Origin: Octopus sinensis
Taxonomy: Eukaryota
DNA length: 64,000 bases
Assembly: GCF_006345805.1 (NCBI RefSeq)
Contig: NC_043010.1
Location: 53,196,001 to 53,260,000, forward strand
Direction of reading: 5' to 3'
The translations under genes and the position numbers were made by a program. Positions within the stretch are counted from its first letter, which is position 1. Each line of letters opens with the position of its first letter. The notes below the pieces were generated by a model. That model searched no databases, was not told the DNA's origin, and worked only from the letters and a program-made list of their open reading frames with translations. Positions 13,871-25,896 of this stretch are shown one piece after another.

Positions 13871-14167
13871 TTTATTTATGTGCCCTTTTCAAGCCTAGCC
13901 AGGCTCATGGGCCCGATTTCCCATAGATGGTGTATGCGTTCCCCCCAGCTGGACGGGACGCCAGTCCATTGCAGCGTTACTCAAGAAACAGGAAGAGAGA
14001 GTGAGAGAAAGTTGGGGCGAAAGAGTACAACAGGGGTCGCCACCACCCCCTGCCGGACCCTCGTGTTTTCGCTCAATAAACATACAGAAAGCCCGGTCTG
14101 AGAATCGAAACCTCGATCCTCCGACCGTGAGTCCGCTGCCCTAACCACTGGACCATTGCGCGTCCAC
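13871..14167 (-). mobile_element. SINE family C, full length with TSD
   Basis: tRNA-like head. TSD ACTAATTTTCT at 13860-13870 and 14168-14178. Confidence 0.88.
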
Positions 14168-15439
14168 ACTAATTTTCTACAGAAAATATTTTCTTTGTAA
14201 TTCTCTTCCTCGTCTCACTTCTGGTGACTAATTCCATTGATCGCGTCAGGAGATTTGACTATTTTGCTATCATCTACTCGATTCACCACACCGAAAATTT
14301 ATTTTTGTTTTTTACGTTTTCAGTTTGACGACACCTCCATCCACTGATTCTAGTGTTTAACACTATTCATGAATGTTTCGTCTCTTAACTTTTAGTGGGG
14401 AATATATCAACCGCCGTTTGAAAATTTAGATTCATTGCAAACCAATCCTCAGTTTTATATTGTAGCATCTTTGATGCAGGTTTGAAATTCCCCTTTCTCT
14501 TCAAACAAGTGATATTATAAATCACATCACACCTTCCTGCAGTGATGTCTTCCTTCGTTTGTGGTTGAAAACGTTTGATATGTATCTAAAGTTCTATTTA
14601 AGTGCCTACTGAAATAGCACCCTCAACCAAAACCTCGGGTCGACGCAGGTTTTATCAATGACATTTATCAAATGTAACGATAATAATGCAGAGGGCCGTC
14701 GAATAACTTGTACATTTCATTGTGGGAGATCTGATCCCTTGATACATTTAAAACCGTCACTTCCTGTTTGAGTGCATTTAGAATATTTTACTCTGTGACC
14801 CATCCGATGTTTTTGAAAAGATAAATATAAACTCTCGACATCAAAAGAATTTATAAACTTCAAGAGAACATAAAATCATTCTTATCTGGAACAGTGAATC
14901 TTGAAGCAGATAAATCTATGTATAATGTTGTGTAAATATTACGTTAAGTCGAAGGCTCCCAGGGAATCCAGGGACCATAACAATCTTTCAAATATCTCTA
15001 TCAGTTCTAGAAACTTTATTTTTACTAGCGTGATCGTTATATATATACAAATATATTGAAACAATGGAACACATTATGCAATTATCAGTTGAAAGATCGA
15101 TCGGAAACTTGAATTTTGGAGTACTAGAACCTATGAGACATTAAGAACACTAGAAAGAGTACTAGAAATTAAGAGCCTTAAAGAATAATCTAGATTTACG
15201 TATTTAGTTCTATAATATATCGCATTTCGGTCAATCTTACACGTCAACTGTTCAAACTGCCTGATGAAATGGTCTGGTTTCGAAATCATCTAATGTAATA
15301 TATTAATCAACAAATAAACAACCACGCAATAGAAACAAATGTAGTATAATTTGAATAACATCTTTATTCATATCTTTTACACTCTGCCCCCAAATTCACA
15401 CATATGCATGAGAACGTCGAGGCTTTCAGATACAGAACA

Positions 15440-15725
15440 TAGAATCATGATTATGAAATACCGACACTAAAGAAATGGTATACAATATACAATAGAAACG
15501 GTCTCAAGGAGTGACACGGTAACTACATATGGCTTTATGCCGATCCATATAGAGAAGGAAATTAAGGAAAATCGGCAGGATATTGTCGTGAAAAACTACC
15601 AATAAAAGGATGTACCTCTCAGTAGAGGTATCAGTTCAGTCAACCGATTATGAAATTCCTATAGAAATAGACAAATTATCCAATTATAAAGATCTGAAAA
15701 TAGAAATATCTAAAACGTGGTTGGA
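15440..15725 (+). pseudogene. R4/Dong-type non-LTR retrotransposon restriction-like endonuclease remnant
   Basis: Translates to MPIHIEKEIKENRQDIVVK...VEVSV...KLSNYKDLKIEISKTW (cf. RPDIVV...IDVSVP...KxxKYxDL). Confidence 0.75.
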
Positions 15726-15858
15726 CCGAAAGCAGAAAAAAATCGTATACTAGAATTAGTAATAGTGCTGCTCCTACGACTACCACTAACGCCATCACTA
15801 CAGCAATTAAAGATAGCAGCAGCAACAACAATAATGATAGCAATAATGAGAATTATAA

Positions 15859-16080
15859 TGGCAGAAACGTTAGCACGCTGGGCCAAATGTGTAGCCGTAT
15901 TTCGTCTGCCGTTACGTTCTGGGTTCAAACTCCGCCGAGGTCGACTTTGCCTTTCATCCTTTCGGGGTCGATAAATTAAGTACCAGTTACGCACTGGGGT
16001 CGATGTAATCGACTTTATCCCTTTGTCTGTCCTTGTTTGTCCTCTCTGTATTTAGCCCCTTGTGGGCAATAAAGAAATAT
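15859..16080 (+). mobile_element. SINE family B (Deu/Nin-domain-like)
   Basis: Head TGGCAGAAACGTTAGC...GGTTCAAACTCC followed by GTCGACTTTGCCTTTCATCCTTTCGGGGTCGATAAATTAAGTACCAG, which resembles the DeuSINE/Nin core. Confidence 0.82.
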
Positions 16081-16837
16081 AATAATAATGCATTATTATA
16101 TTTCTGATAGTTTAATTATGGTGCATTTTTAGGAGTGTGATAAGTCGATGTGATCGACCCCCAATATTTAATGGGTATTTGTTTTGTTGAATCCGAAAGG
16201 ATGAAATGCAAAGTTGACATCGGTGACATATGAGCACTAAACGTAATCAAGTCTGGTTTTTACATTTCATGTCCTCTCCAGTTTCCTCATCAGTTTTGCG
16301 CAGGCCTGGACTATATGTAAGAAAATCCTGGGTAGCCCAATCATCAGGATTCCTCTCTCGACCTTGCTGATGTAGTCCAAAGGAGTGCAGAGCATACCAC
16401 GCATCTATTCAAAAATATATCAGAGACCCAGACACGCACTCGGTTCGGTTATCTCTGCGTTTTATGAGACTGAATCCACATCATTTCTTTAACATGACAG
16501 AACTCAAAAGATAAAGTCTATCGGTCTACATAAATAGAACTTTATAAAATATATGCCAACAACCAGTCTTCTTTCCGACACGTAGACGAGAAGAAAACAT
16601 TAATTTAGCTAGAGGACCTATAGGCCAACAATATCCCACGAAGAATCATATGGAGCGACGTAGCATGATCCACGTCACACGTTAGTAGAACAATGAGTTG
16701 AAGGTTTTGAATAAACGAAAGAATTCATATTTCTTTTAAATGTAAGAAGTCCACCGACCTTCTGAAATCTAGACCCGAAATTTTCACTAAAGCAAGCATT
16801 CGAAAAAGTTTCTATTATGAAGCTGGAAAATTACACC

Positions 16838-16912
16838 ATTATTATTATTATCATTCTTCTTCTTCTTCTTATTATTATTATTTTTATTATTATTATTATC
16901 ATTCTTCTTCTT

Positions 16913-16943
<31 letters not shown>

Positions 16944-17110
16944 TTATTATTATTATTTATTATTATTATTATTCATTATTATTATTATTATTATTATTTA
17001 TTATTATTATTATTTTTATATTATTATTATTATTATTATCATCATCTTATTATTATTATTATTATTACTATTATTATTATTATCATCATCTTTATTATTA
17101 TTATTATTAC

Positions 17111-17155
<45 letters not shown>

Positions 17156-17163
17156 CATTATCA

Positions 17164-17223
<60 letters not shown>

Positions 17224-17243
17224 TTATTTTTATATTATTATAA

Positions 17244-17277
<34 letters not shown>

Positions 17278-17316
17278 CATTATCATTTTTATTATTATAT
17301 TATTATTATTATTATA

Positions 17317-17347
<31 letters not shown>

Positions 17348-17425
17348 CATTATCATTTTTATTATATTATTATTATTATTATCATTATTATTATTATTAT
17401 TATATTATTATTATTATCATTATCA

Positions 17426-17489
<64 letters not shown>

Positions 17490-17527
17490 CATTATCATTT
17501 TTATTATTTTTATTATTATTATTATTA

Positions 17528-17558
<31 letters not shown>

Positions 17559-17566
17559 CATTATCA

Positions 17567-17597
<31 letters not shown>

Positions 17598-17635
17598 CAT
17601 TATTATTTTTATTATTATTATTTTTATTATTATAA

Positions 17636-17698
<63 letters not shown>

Positions 17699-17716
17699 TT
17701 ATTTTTATTATTATAA

Positions 17717-17765
<49 letters not shown>

Positions 17766-17773
17766 CATTATCA

Positions 17774-17807
<34 letters not shown>

Positions 17808-17847
17808 CATTATTATTGTTATTATTATTATTATTATTATCATCATT
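16838..17847. repeat. About 1 kb (TAT)n/(CTT)n/(CAT)n trinucleotide array
   Basis: Direct reading. It explains the poly-Y/I/L ORFs. Confidence 0.97.
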
Positions 17848-18565
17848 AACAACCGAGAGTGTAAAATGTTATGTAGGAAACTAATCAAGTTTTTTTTTTC
17901 CAGAAATAACACAAAAGAGAGGACGTTATAAACCAAATCAACACAGCACAGAGTGAAGACGAAATCAATAGAGTCTCGTAATGTCTCTCTCAACTTCAAT
18001 GCAATTAAATTCATTGTACAAGATGTTTAAAAAATATAAAAAAGAATGGAACAACCCTGTTTCTGTTGAATACAATTTTTTTTGCTTTTTACTTTTGATT
18101 TGTGTCTTTTGTATTTTCTTTTGTTTTTTATTAATTTTTTTTTCAATTTATTTTTTCTTTTTTTTTTCTCTACGCATGTAGAAATAGTCGCTCGGTAATT
18201 TAACTGGAATGAAAATTATCGGAATGTGTCGTCCTTCCTTCTTGTCTGAAGGACGTAAACAGCATAACTTTAAATGAAACATCTTGAACGGCTTAGGACA
18301 GCTGAATAAAAATAAAAGAAAGAATAATAAATTGCATTGCAATCGTAGTTGCTGCTTCTGTTTTTTTGTTCCACAGGTCGTGGCACTGAACGCGTAGGTA
18401 CTATGACCAAAGCAAAATCTTTCCAGTCGTGACCATCTGGTTGAACGCAGTTCATCCACTCTTCTTGGACCTCTAACGCCGGTCGTAACTTCATGGATGT
18501 CCCGACTTCTCCCTGCTGTAATTCTGTTATGAGAATCCTTTTTTATTGTAGACTACATAATTGAA

Positions 18566-18870
18566 GTGGAGGCACGTGGCCTAGGGGTTAGAGAAGCGGA
18601 CTCGCGGTCGAGGGATCGCGGGTTCGAACGTCAGACCGGGCAATGTGTGTGTGTTTATGAGCGAAACACTTAAGCTCCACGCGGCTCCGGCAGAAGGTAA
18701 TGGCGAACTTCTTGTGGCACTTTCGCCACAAATTTCTCTCACTCTTTCCTCCTGCATCTTGTAGCTCACCCGCGACGGACCGTCGTCCTGTCCAGATGGG
18801 GAAACTATACACCAAAGAATCCGGGAAACCGGCCCTATGAGCCAGGTATGGCTTGAGAAGGAACAAACAG
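18566..18870 (+). mobile_element. SINE family C variant with TSD
   Basis: TSD CATAATTGAA at 18556-18565 and 18871-18880; tRNA-like head with GGTTCGAAC. Confidence 0.85.
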
Positions 18871-19274
18871 CATAATTGAAAATGCTTTTTTCTAAGGCAG
18901 TAAATAGGATGTGACTTGGGGAATAGTTAAACTGTTAGGTTTAACAGGTCACGTGATTAGAATAAGGCTTCCTTTTCATTCTCAGTATAAATGAAATTGA
19001 TACGAGAAAGTAGACAGGTGAGGGTCTTATTTCCTACAAGTTTATCCTCTACGCAGCGATGCTAACTCTAAATCTTTCTAGGAAATACTAAAAGTTTTGA
19101 GTAAAATTTCATAAATTTTAAGACATCTGAAAAATGTGTTGTTGTGGCTGTCATGCATGTAGCGCGATGTGATGATCTCATGCCAAGATAAAGTGCCCAT
19201 GACCTTATAGGTAGGACCCTGTTAGAATTTTCATCGGGTCGAGTAGCCCGTTTCCTGTAGATATTTTTTTTTCT

Positions 19275-19925
19275 ATTACTTGTTTCAGTCCTTTCAGCGC
19301 GGCCATGCTGGAGCATCACCTTCATTCGAGCAAATCCGCCCCAGAACTTATTCTTTGTAAGCATAGTATTTATTCTATCAGCCCCTTTTGTCGAACTGCT
19401 AAGTTACGGGGAGGTAAACATACCACCATCGGTTGTCAAGCGATGTTGGGGGAGGGGCAAATACAGACACACACACACACATACACATATATATACATAC
19501 ATATATACGACAGGCTTCTTTCTCTTTCCGTCTACCAAATCTACTCACAAGGCTTTGGTCGGCCCAAGGCTATAGTAGAAGACACTTGCCCAAGGTGCCA
19601 CGCAGTGGGACTGAACCCGGAACCATGTGGTTGGTAAGCAATCAACTTACCTATTTCTTTACTACCCACAAGGGGCTAAACACAGAGAGGACAAACAAGG
19701 ACAGACAAATGCATTAAGTCGATTATATCGACCCCCAGTGCGCAACTGGTACTTATTTAATCGACCCCGAAAGGATGAAAGGCAAAGTTGACCTCGGCGG
19801 AATTTGAATTCAGAACGTAGCGGCAGACGAAATACGGTTACGCATTTCGCCCGACATGCTAACGTTTGTGTCAGCTCGCCGCCTTAAGGTAAGCAATCAA
19901 CTTACCTATCACACAGCCACTCCTA
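19275..19925 (-). mobile_element. SINE family A interrupted by a family B SINE (19655-19887)
   Basis: The nested insertion is bounded by a 22-bp duplication GGTAAGCAATCAACTTACCTAT (19633-19654, 19888-19909). Confidence 0.85.
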
Positions 19926-21497
19926 CGACCTTTCATACTTATCCTATAATGTCGTTCTAAAAATAAACAATTACATTATCGAAATCTTGACACTATGAGA
20001 TTATTTCAATAATTACTTCAATACAATGTAAATAAATGAGCATTGCATATTTGATAAAGTAATCTGAATGCTAAATGGTTAACTGCAATTCTATGTATCG
20101 ACCTGCGGCTTCTTAGTCACCCATTCTTGCTTTGATTTGATGACAGAAATTATTATATTTTTGTATGGTTCTGCATACCGTTATCAAAACATGTATTTTT
20201 ATGCTTTTATATTGATTTTTGATTGCTTTTTATCTGTTTATGTTTTCACCGTTTACGTGGATGGATTGGTTTTTATTTTATTATATTGTGTGTTTAAGTC
20301 TCGCCGTAAGCGACATTGTCTTCCATATTTACAGACGGATTAAATAAACTAAGTGATGAACTTGAGGTTATTTCATCAACTGTTCCCCTCTGCGGGCAAA
20401 TAGCTAAATTAAAGAATTATTGTAAGAGTAATTCTACTTGGCCAGTTGCGAATTTAAATTGCTTTTGAGCCATTACACACAAAAAATTAAAGCAGGCCTC
20501 TGTATTGATTGCCCTTAGTTATTTTTATGTTTATGTAAATTATAGTTTGTGGCTACGCAAAATGGGTTCCCATTTTAGAAGAGGAGAAGTGGAAAGGGGT
20601 ATTCATGAAGTTCCCATTTGTAACAGAGCTGTGAATAAAGTGAGTTTAAACCTGAAATTGTAACCGCTTGCCGTTCCCGAATTGCTTCCACCATTAGTGC
20701 CTTCTTTTATATTAGATTTCTAATCTGAAATGTCTGAAGGTGGCACAAGGTTACTCGCTTTGCGAAAACTTTTTTTTCACTTCCGGTTCGTGCTGTACAT
20801 GAAGCCATCCTTTAACAATTCGTGTAAAATACCAGTTTTTCTACGAAAGGAAGCTGGTAAGCACACGCTCAGCCTTTTATCCAACATATATCAAGTGATG
20901 CATAAATAGTATTTTTTACTTAGAAACCGGATAAATTTCGACGAAGTAGTTGGAAATTTACACAATCAACTAGGGAATAACAGTGCTGATAAATCCATGT
21001 TTTAAAACTCTGTCCAGTCAACATAATGTAAAAATTCATTCTCAAGTTCCACTCAAATACAACTTAATGAAATATTTTGATGACTGCGACAAAGAATTTA
21101 CCTGGCAGATAAAATTCAGCTAGGAGCAGGATTGGAAACATTTTGTTTTAAAGTGTTTAGCAGCTAATGGAATTATCAAAGTTTTTACATGCAGAATAGC
21201 TTATGTTAATACAATTTAAGTTGAAAATATCATGGTATGGGCAGCTCGTTGGAAAATGTTTCATGGAGTTAAGAATTTCTTTTGCTAATTTAATTACTGT
21301 AATTTAACCTGAATTCAAAGCTAATTACATTCGGAATATACACTGTGTCATTATAGTAATGAGACGCACTGGCAAATATGGCTTCATCTGCAGATAACGA
21401 TGACATACAACGACTTATGCTGTGGACTAAATTGCATGAGATGCAAGCTGGGAGATCAAACTCTTAATTTACACAACGTAATTCCACTATAGATTTA

Positions 21498-21575
<78 letters not shown>

Positions 21576-21974
21576 CATGGAGTTAAACGCAGGTGTCATT
21601 CAAGATATCACTGGTATTATTCCAAAAGAATAAAATGGTGTAAAACAATGTAATCTTCTCTTCGAGGAAGTGAAGACATGAAACTCGTCAATAAGACATT
21701 TTAACAGAAAATGATGGATATGTATAGTGTTTAACTGAACGTTATTGAGATTGTTTCAAAAGAACGTTATAGGATATAATGTCAGAGGTAACCTATAGAA
21801 AGAGGAGGGATAAAGTAAAGAAAAGCTAAATAAATGAGAGGTATATGACTATATGTATATTAAATAAAAATTTATAGACTAGGAAAAATATATATCCAGT
21901 GAATGTGAAATGTAAAAAGAAAATTAATGTTTAAATTATATATAATGATAGGTATCACTTATATGAATTAAAGG

Positions 21975-22420
21975 TGTGTTTCTGCCAATGTTTACAAGGG
22001 GACTTTTAGAAACAAGAATAAAAAATAGTTCCGAATTACAGAGAAGACATAATTCCTTGCTTTTGTCATAAGGTATTGAGATTGAGAGAATCAACCAATC
22101 TAAATCAAATTGTTTATTGTGGTGGTCTTTTAGTTCCCTAATTAATTAAGCCCTGTACTGTTACGTTTATTCTTGTTCCTAAATATAGAGTAATGATTAG
22201 AAATTCTTTTAGATAACTGAGAAGATGTGCTTCCTATAGAAAAAAATACTTCATTACCAGTAGTAATTTTACACTGGTATATAGAACTTCAATTTTAAAG
22301 TTACTTGACATAAACTTGATTCTATTGTAATTGACTTTAGATACAATAACCTTGTTGTTAATGTTTCTAGAGGGATGGATGGCATTAGCTAAATTAATGT
22401 TAGTATTAGTAAATGTATCA
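21975..22420 (-). pseudogene. Penelope-like element GIY-YIG endonuclease remnant
   Basis: Reconstructed across frameshifts: VLYQCKITTGNEVFFYIGSTSSQLSKRISNHYSIFRNKNKRNSTGL..RELK..FDLDWLILSISIPYDKSKELCLLCNSELFFI, i.e. a YIG..R..NH..CxLC..E pattern. Confidence 0.78.
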
Positions 22421-22645
22421 ATATTTAACAGGTTAATATTATATGAAGAGATAATTTACAAGAGATTTTTTTGCCCATGTTTGTTATTAATAAATATATA
22501 TTATACAAAATATTTCTCGTAAACCCGAAGTTTCTACCTTTCAAAACAAGGATTTACAACCTTTTTACTCGTCTGATTTTTTGCTACCTTAGTATCTATT
22601 TATACATTTTTCCGTATTAATTGTTAACAAGGGAAAATACATACA

Positions 22646-22710
<65 letters not shown>

Positions 22711-22724
22711 TATATATATATAGT

Positions 22725-23050
22725 GCCAAGGACTCCAAATTTGCCATCAAGATGTAGGACAAGATACTATGATAGCCTGGGCTTCAGAGGTCGACAGCTC
22801 TTCAATATCCTCCGAAGGACCTGAGAGACCTGCATGGAGTGGATGCAGATGTCTTTGAAATAAAGCTGGACCTCTTCTGTCAGGTGTCCCAGATGAACCA
22901 ACTTCACGGCAGGAGGTGCAGATGAGGGCAGCTGCATCAAAGTCTCTCATGCACCAAATGTCAATTGCTAAAAAGCATTCGTGAAGTAAAATCATGTAGC
23001 AACATCGAATGGCGGTGCCCCAGCAAATAGATAAAATGAAAAAAATGAAC
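22725..23050 (+). mobile_element. CR1/L2-like LINE 3' end (copy 1)
   Basis: ORF2-like tail SLGFRGRQLFNIL..DLRDLHGVDADVF..KLDL..SGVPDEP; second copy at 57484-57700. Confidence 0.7.
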
Positions 23051-23070
23051 ATATATATATTTATATATAT

Positions 23071-23126
<56 letters not shown>

Positions 23127-23536
23127 ATATATAAGACCAAGCAATGATTTGTGAGTGAATTTGGGGGAGGGAAACTGAAAGAAGCCCATCACTGGGGCTG
23201 ATACAGAGCTAAAAAACATCAACAACGACAAATATTTCGTCCATGTTTGTTATTAATAAATATATGTAGAGACGTGTGATGGCTGGACGTAAAAGCTTAA
23301 TAGAAATCAATGCTTTGACAAATAATAAATATATAGATAAAAAATAGAATAAAAAATCTTTATAGTTAATAATAGACAAAAGAGTAGAACTGTAATAAAT
23401 GAAAGTTTTTACAGCTTCAACCAAACAGCAGATTTTAGCCGCCATCTTTTTTCCTGAATGTCTTGGCGATGCTTTCTTTTTCATTCCAGTCGGAGTGTGA
23501 TTGATTGTTTTAAAATTTACTACTTGTTTTAGACCA

Positions 23537-23590
<54 letters not shown>

Positions 23591-23679
23591 ACACATAAGA
23601 ATAATGTGTGTGTTTGTGCGTGTATCTTTACTTGTGTGTATGTGTGTAATATCTGTGTGTGGACGTCTGTGAATGTTTA

Positions 23680-24090
23680 AGAGGCTCCCTCTGCAACCAC
23701 GTTGTTTCTGGTTTAGTCCTACCGGTAGGCCTGTTGAGCAAGTGATTTCTACTATAGCCCCAGACCAAGCAATGATTTGTGAGTGAATTTGGGGGAGGGA
23801 AACTGAAAGAAGCCCATCATGTATTTTTATATATGTGTGTCTCTGTTTGTTTGTGTATGTGTGAGTGTGTTTGTGTGTGTGTAATTTCCCACTCTGCTTG
23901 ATAACCGGTGTTTTTTTGTGTTTTTTTTGCTTACGCCCTTGTAATCTAGTGTATCAGCAAAAATGACCAATAACATATGTACCAGATTGGAAATATGATT
24001 AATGCGTTCGATACGTTCGACTAGACCCAACAAAACAACGCCTCAGCATTGCTGCAGCCCGATAAATAAGACAAAGGAAAACAGATAAAG
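23680..24090 (+). mobile_element. SINE family A, diverged
   Basis: Collinear similarity to 3295-3765. Confidence 0.75.
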
Positions 24091-24104
24091 AATAGGCTGT
24101 GTGG

Positions 24105-24413
24105 TAACAGATATATGTAGAAAATAAGTCCCTGAAATTCCAGGTCTTCCCATTCTGCTTGTGTTCAGCGAATACCACAGATGAAGCACGGATAAACAAA
24201 GAAAATACTTTCATACAAAAATACAAACCAAGATTTAACAAACTTCAACAGGTAGGAGTGGCTATGTGGTATGTAGCTTGCTTACCAACCACATGGTTCC
24301 GGGTTCAGTCCCACTGCGTGGCACCTTGGCCAGGTGTTTTCTACTATGGCTTCGCGTCGACGAAAGCCTTGTGAGTGGATTTGGTAGACGGAAAGAGAAA
24401 GAATCCCGTAGTA

Positions 24414-24466
<53 letters not shown>

Positions 24467-24700
24467 ATATGTTTGTGAGTATGATTTGTCCCCCCAACAT
24501 CGCTTGACACTCGATGCTGGTGTGTTTACGAAATATTTTCTATCACATCTAAACTAACTATGACTTAACCATCCTCTCACACCGTCTCCGATGAAGAGAT
24601 ATAATTAATAAATATCCTGGAAACAGCTGTAAGACCTTCTATCTATAAATGCTCTAATATCTACAAAAACTTGGTTTTTTATCTCATTACGCAAAGAATT
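24105..24700 (+). mobile_element. Penelope-like 3' fragment (GIY-YIG C-terminus plus pLTR), interrupted by SINE A at 24251-24530
   Basis: FQVFPFCLCSANTTDEARINKENTFIQKYKPRFN fits the GIY-YIG C-terminal R..xE..FI..Y.P..N pattern, followed by a hammerhead motif. Confidence 0.65.
24584..24635 (+). ncRNA. Hammerhead ribozyme motif, U4C core variant
   Basis: Stem I GTCT/AGAC; CCGATGA; stem II GATAT/ATATC; GAAA; palindromic stem III ACAGCTGT; site GUA. Confidence 0.62.
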
Positions 24701-25520
24701 CATTCTTATATATATATATAAGGAACGAAGGAGGGGTGGGGAAAAAAACGAAATAAGAAAAAAATAAGAAAAAAAAAAATTTTTTAAATAAGAAATGTGT
24801 ATAGCAAAGCATATGTATTTGTAAGCATGCGTATCTGTGTATGTGTAAGTGAAAGTATGTTTGTGCTTAAGCACACATATACACGACGGTATGTATATGT
24901 ATCCATTCAAACTTGTGTATGTATACTGGTCTCTATAGATGCCAATAACACCGTTACACTGCTTGTATACATAATTTTTTTTTTCTTTTTTTTCTTATTT
25001 CATTTTTTCCCCACCCCTCCTTCGTTCCTTTTTCTCTCTCTCCCTTTCTTTCGTTCCCCCTCCTTGCCCAGTATATGAGAATTGCTACATAGATGAATTT
25101 TAGCTTGCGTGCGAGACGGTTTGCGTGAATATATGTACACATGCTTTTATGTGTATATTTAGATTTATATTCATACGTCTGTATATGTATGTATGGCGTT
25201 TACGCGCATCCTTTTGTGTATGTTGATATATATATGTAGATTTTAATATAAATATGTATTGCAGTATTTATAACAGGTTTAATTTCTATGCATTAATTTG
25301 CACTGTCTTCATTAACGTCAATAGGTTTTTTTACCTCGGATTTTATAATTTTTATAAGTTTTTTATATATATATACATATATTTTTGACCTTTTTGTTTA
25401 TCGCTCGAAGATTGACCGTTTTTTGTAAAGGGCCAATCAAACAAGTCCATTTCTTTTTAAAGGTGTAGCGTTTGTAAGAGTATAGATTGAATTGATATAT
25501 CAGTTCCATTCTAGCAAAAA

Positions 25521-25558
25521 CTGTCTGATGAACGGCAACGAGAAACTCAGAGTAACAG
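25521..25558 (+). ncRNA. Minimal type I hammerhead ribozyme motif
   Basis: CTGT-CTGATGA-A-CG(GCAA)CG-A-GAAA-CTC(A)GAG-T-A-ACAG. All core nucleotides and three stems are present; site GUA. Confidence 0.78.
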
Positions 25559-25591
25559 ATTTTGTTGAATTTTCTGCTGCTTAAAATAAAG

Positions 25592-25650
<59 letters not shown>

Positions 25651-25657
25651 CATATAT

Positions 25658-25770
<113 letters not shown>

Positions 25771-25896
25771 TGTATGTGTGCGTATGATATGTGTTGATAC
25801 ATTTATGCGTTATCATATAAAAACCTCATATAAAGAAACAATAAATTTCGTGATCTTCAGTTATTTATTATAACTTATATCGTGTGTTGCGGAAAT

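Noticed and set aside
15255-15295. CTGATGAAATGGTCTGGTTTCGAAATC hammerhead-like string
   Set aside because: No convincing stem I or stem III.
16817-18014. 272-aa and 204-aa ORFs
   Set aside because: They consist entirely of (TAT)n repeat.
20380-21470. Possible hAT transposase relic (IHCVI-like motif at about 21340)
   Set aside because: Too degraded to support by eye.
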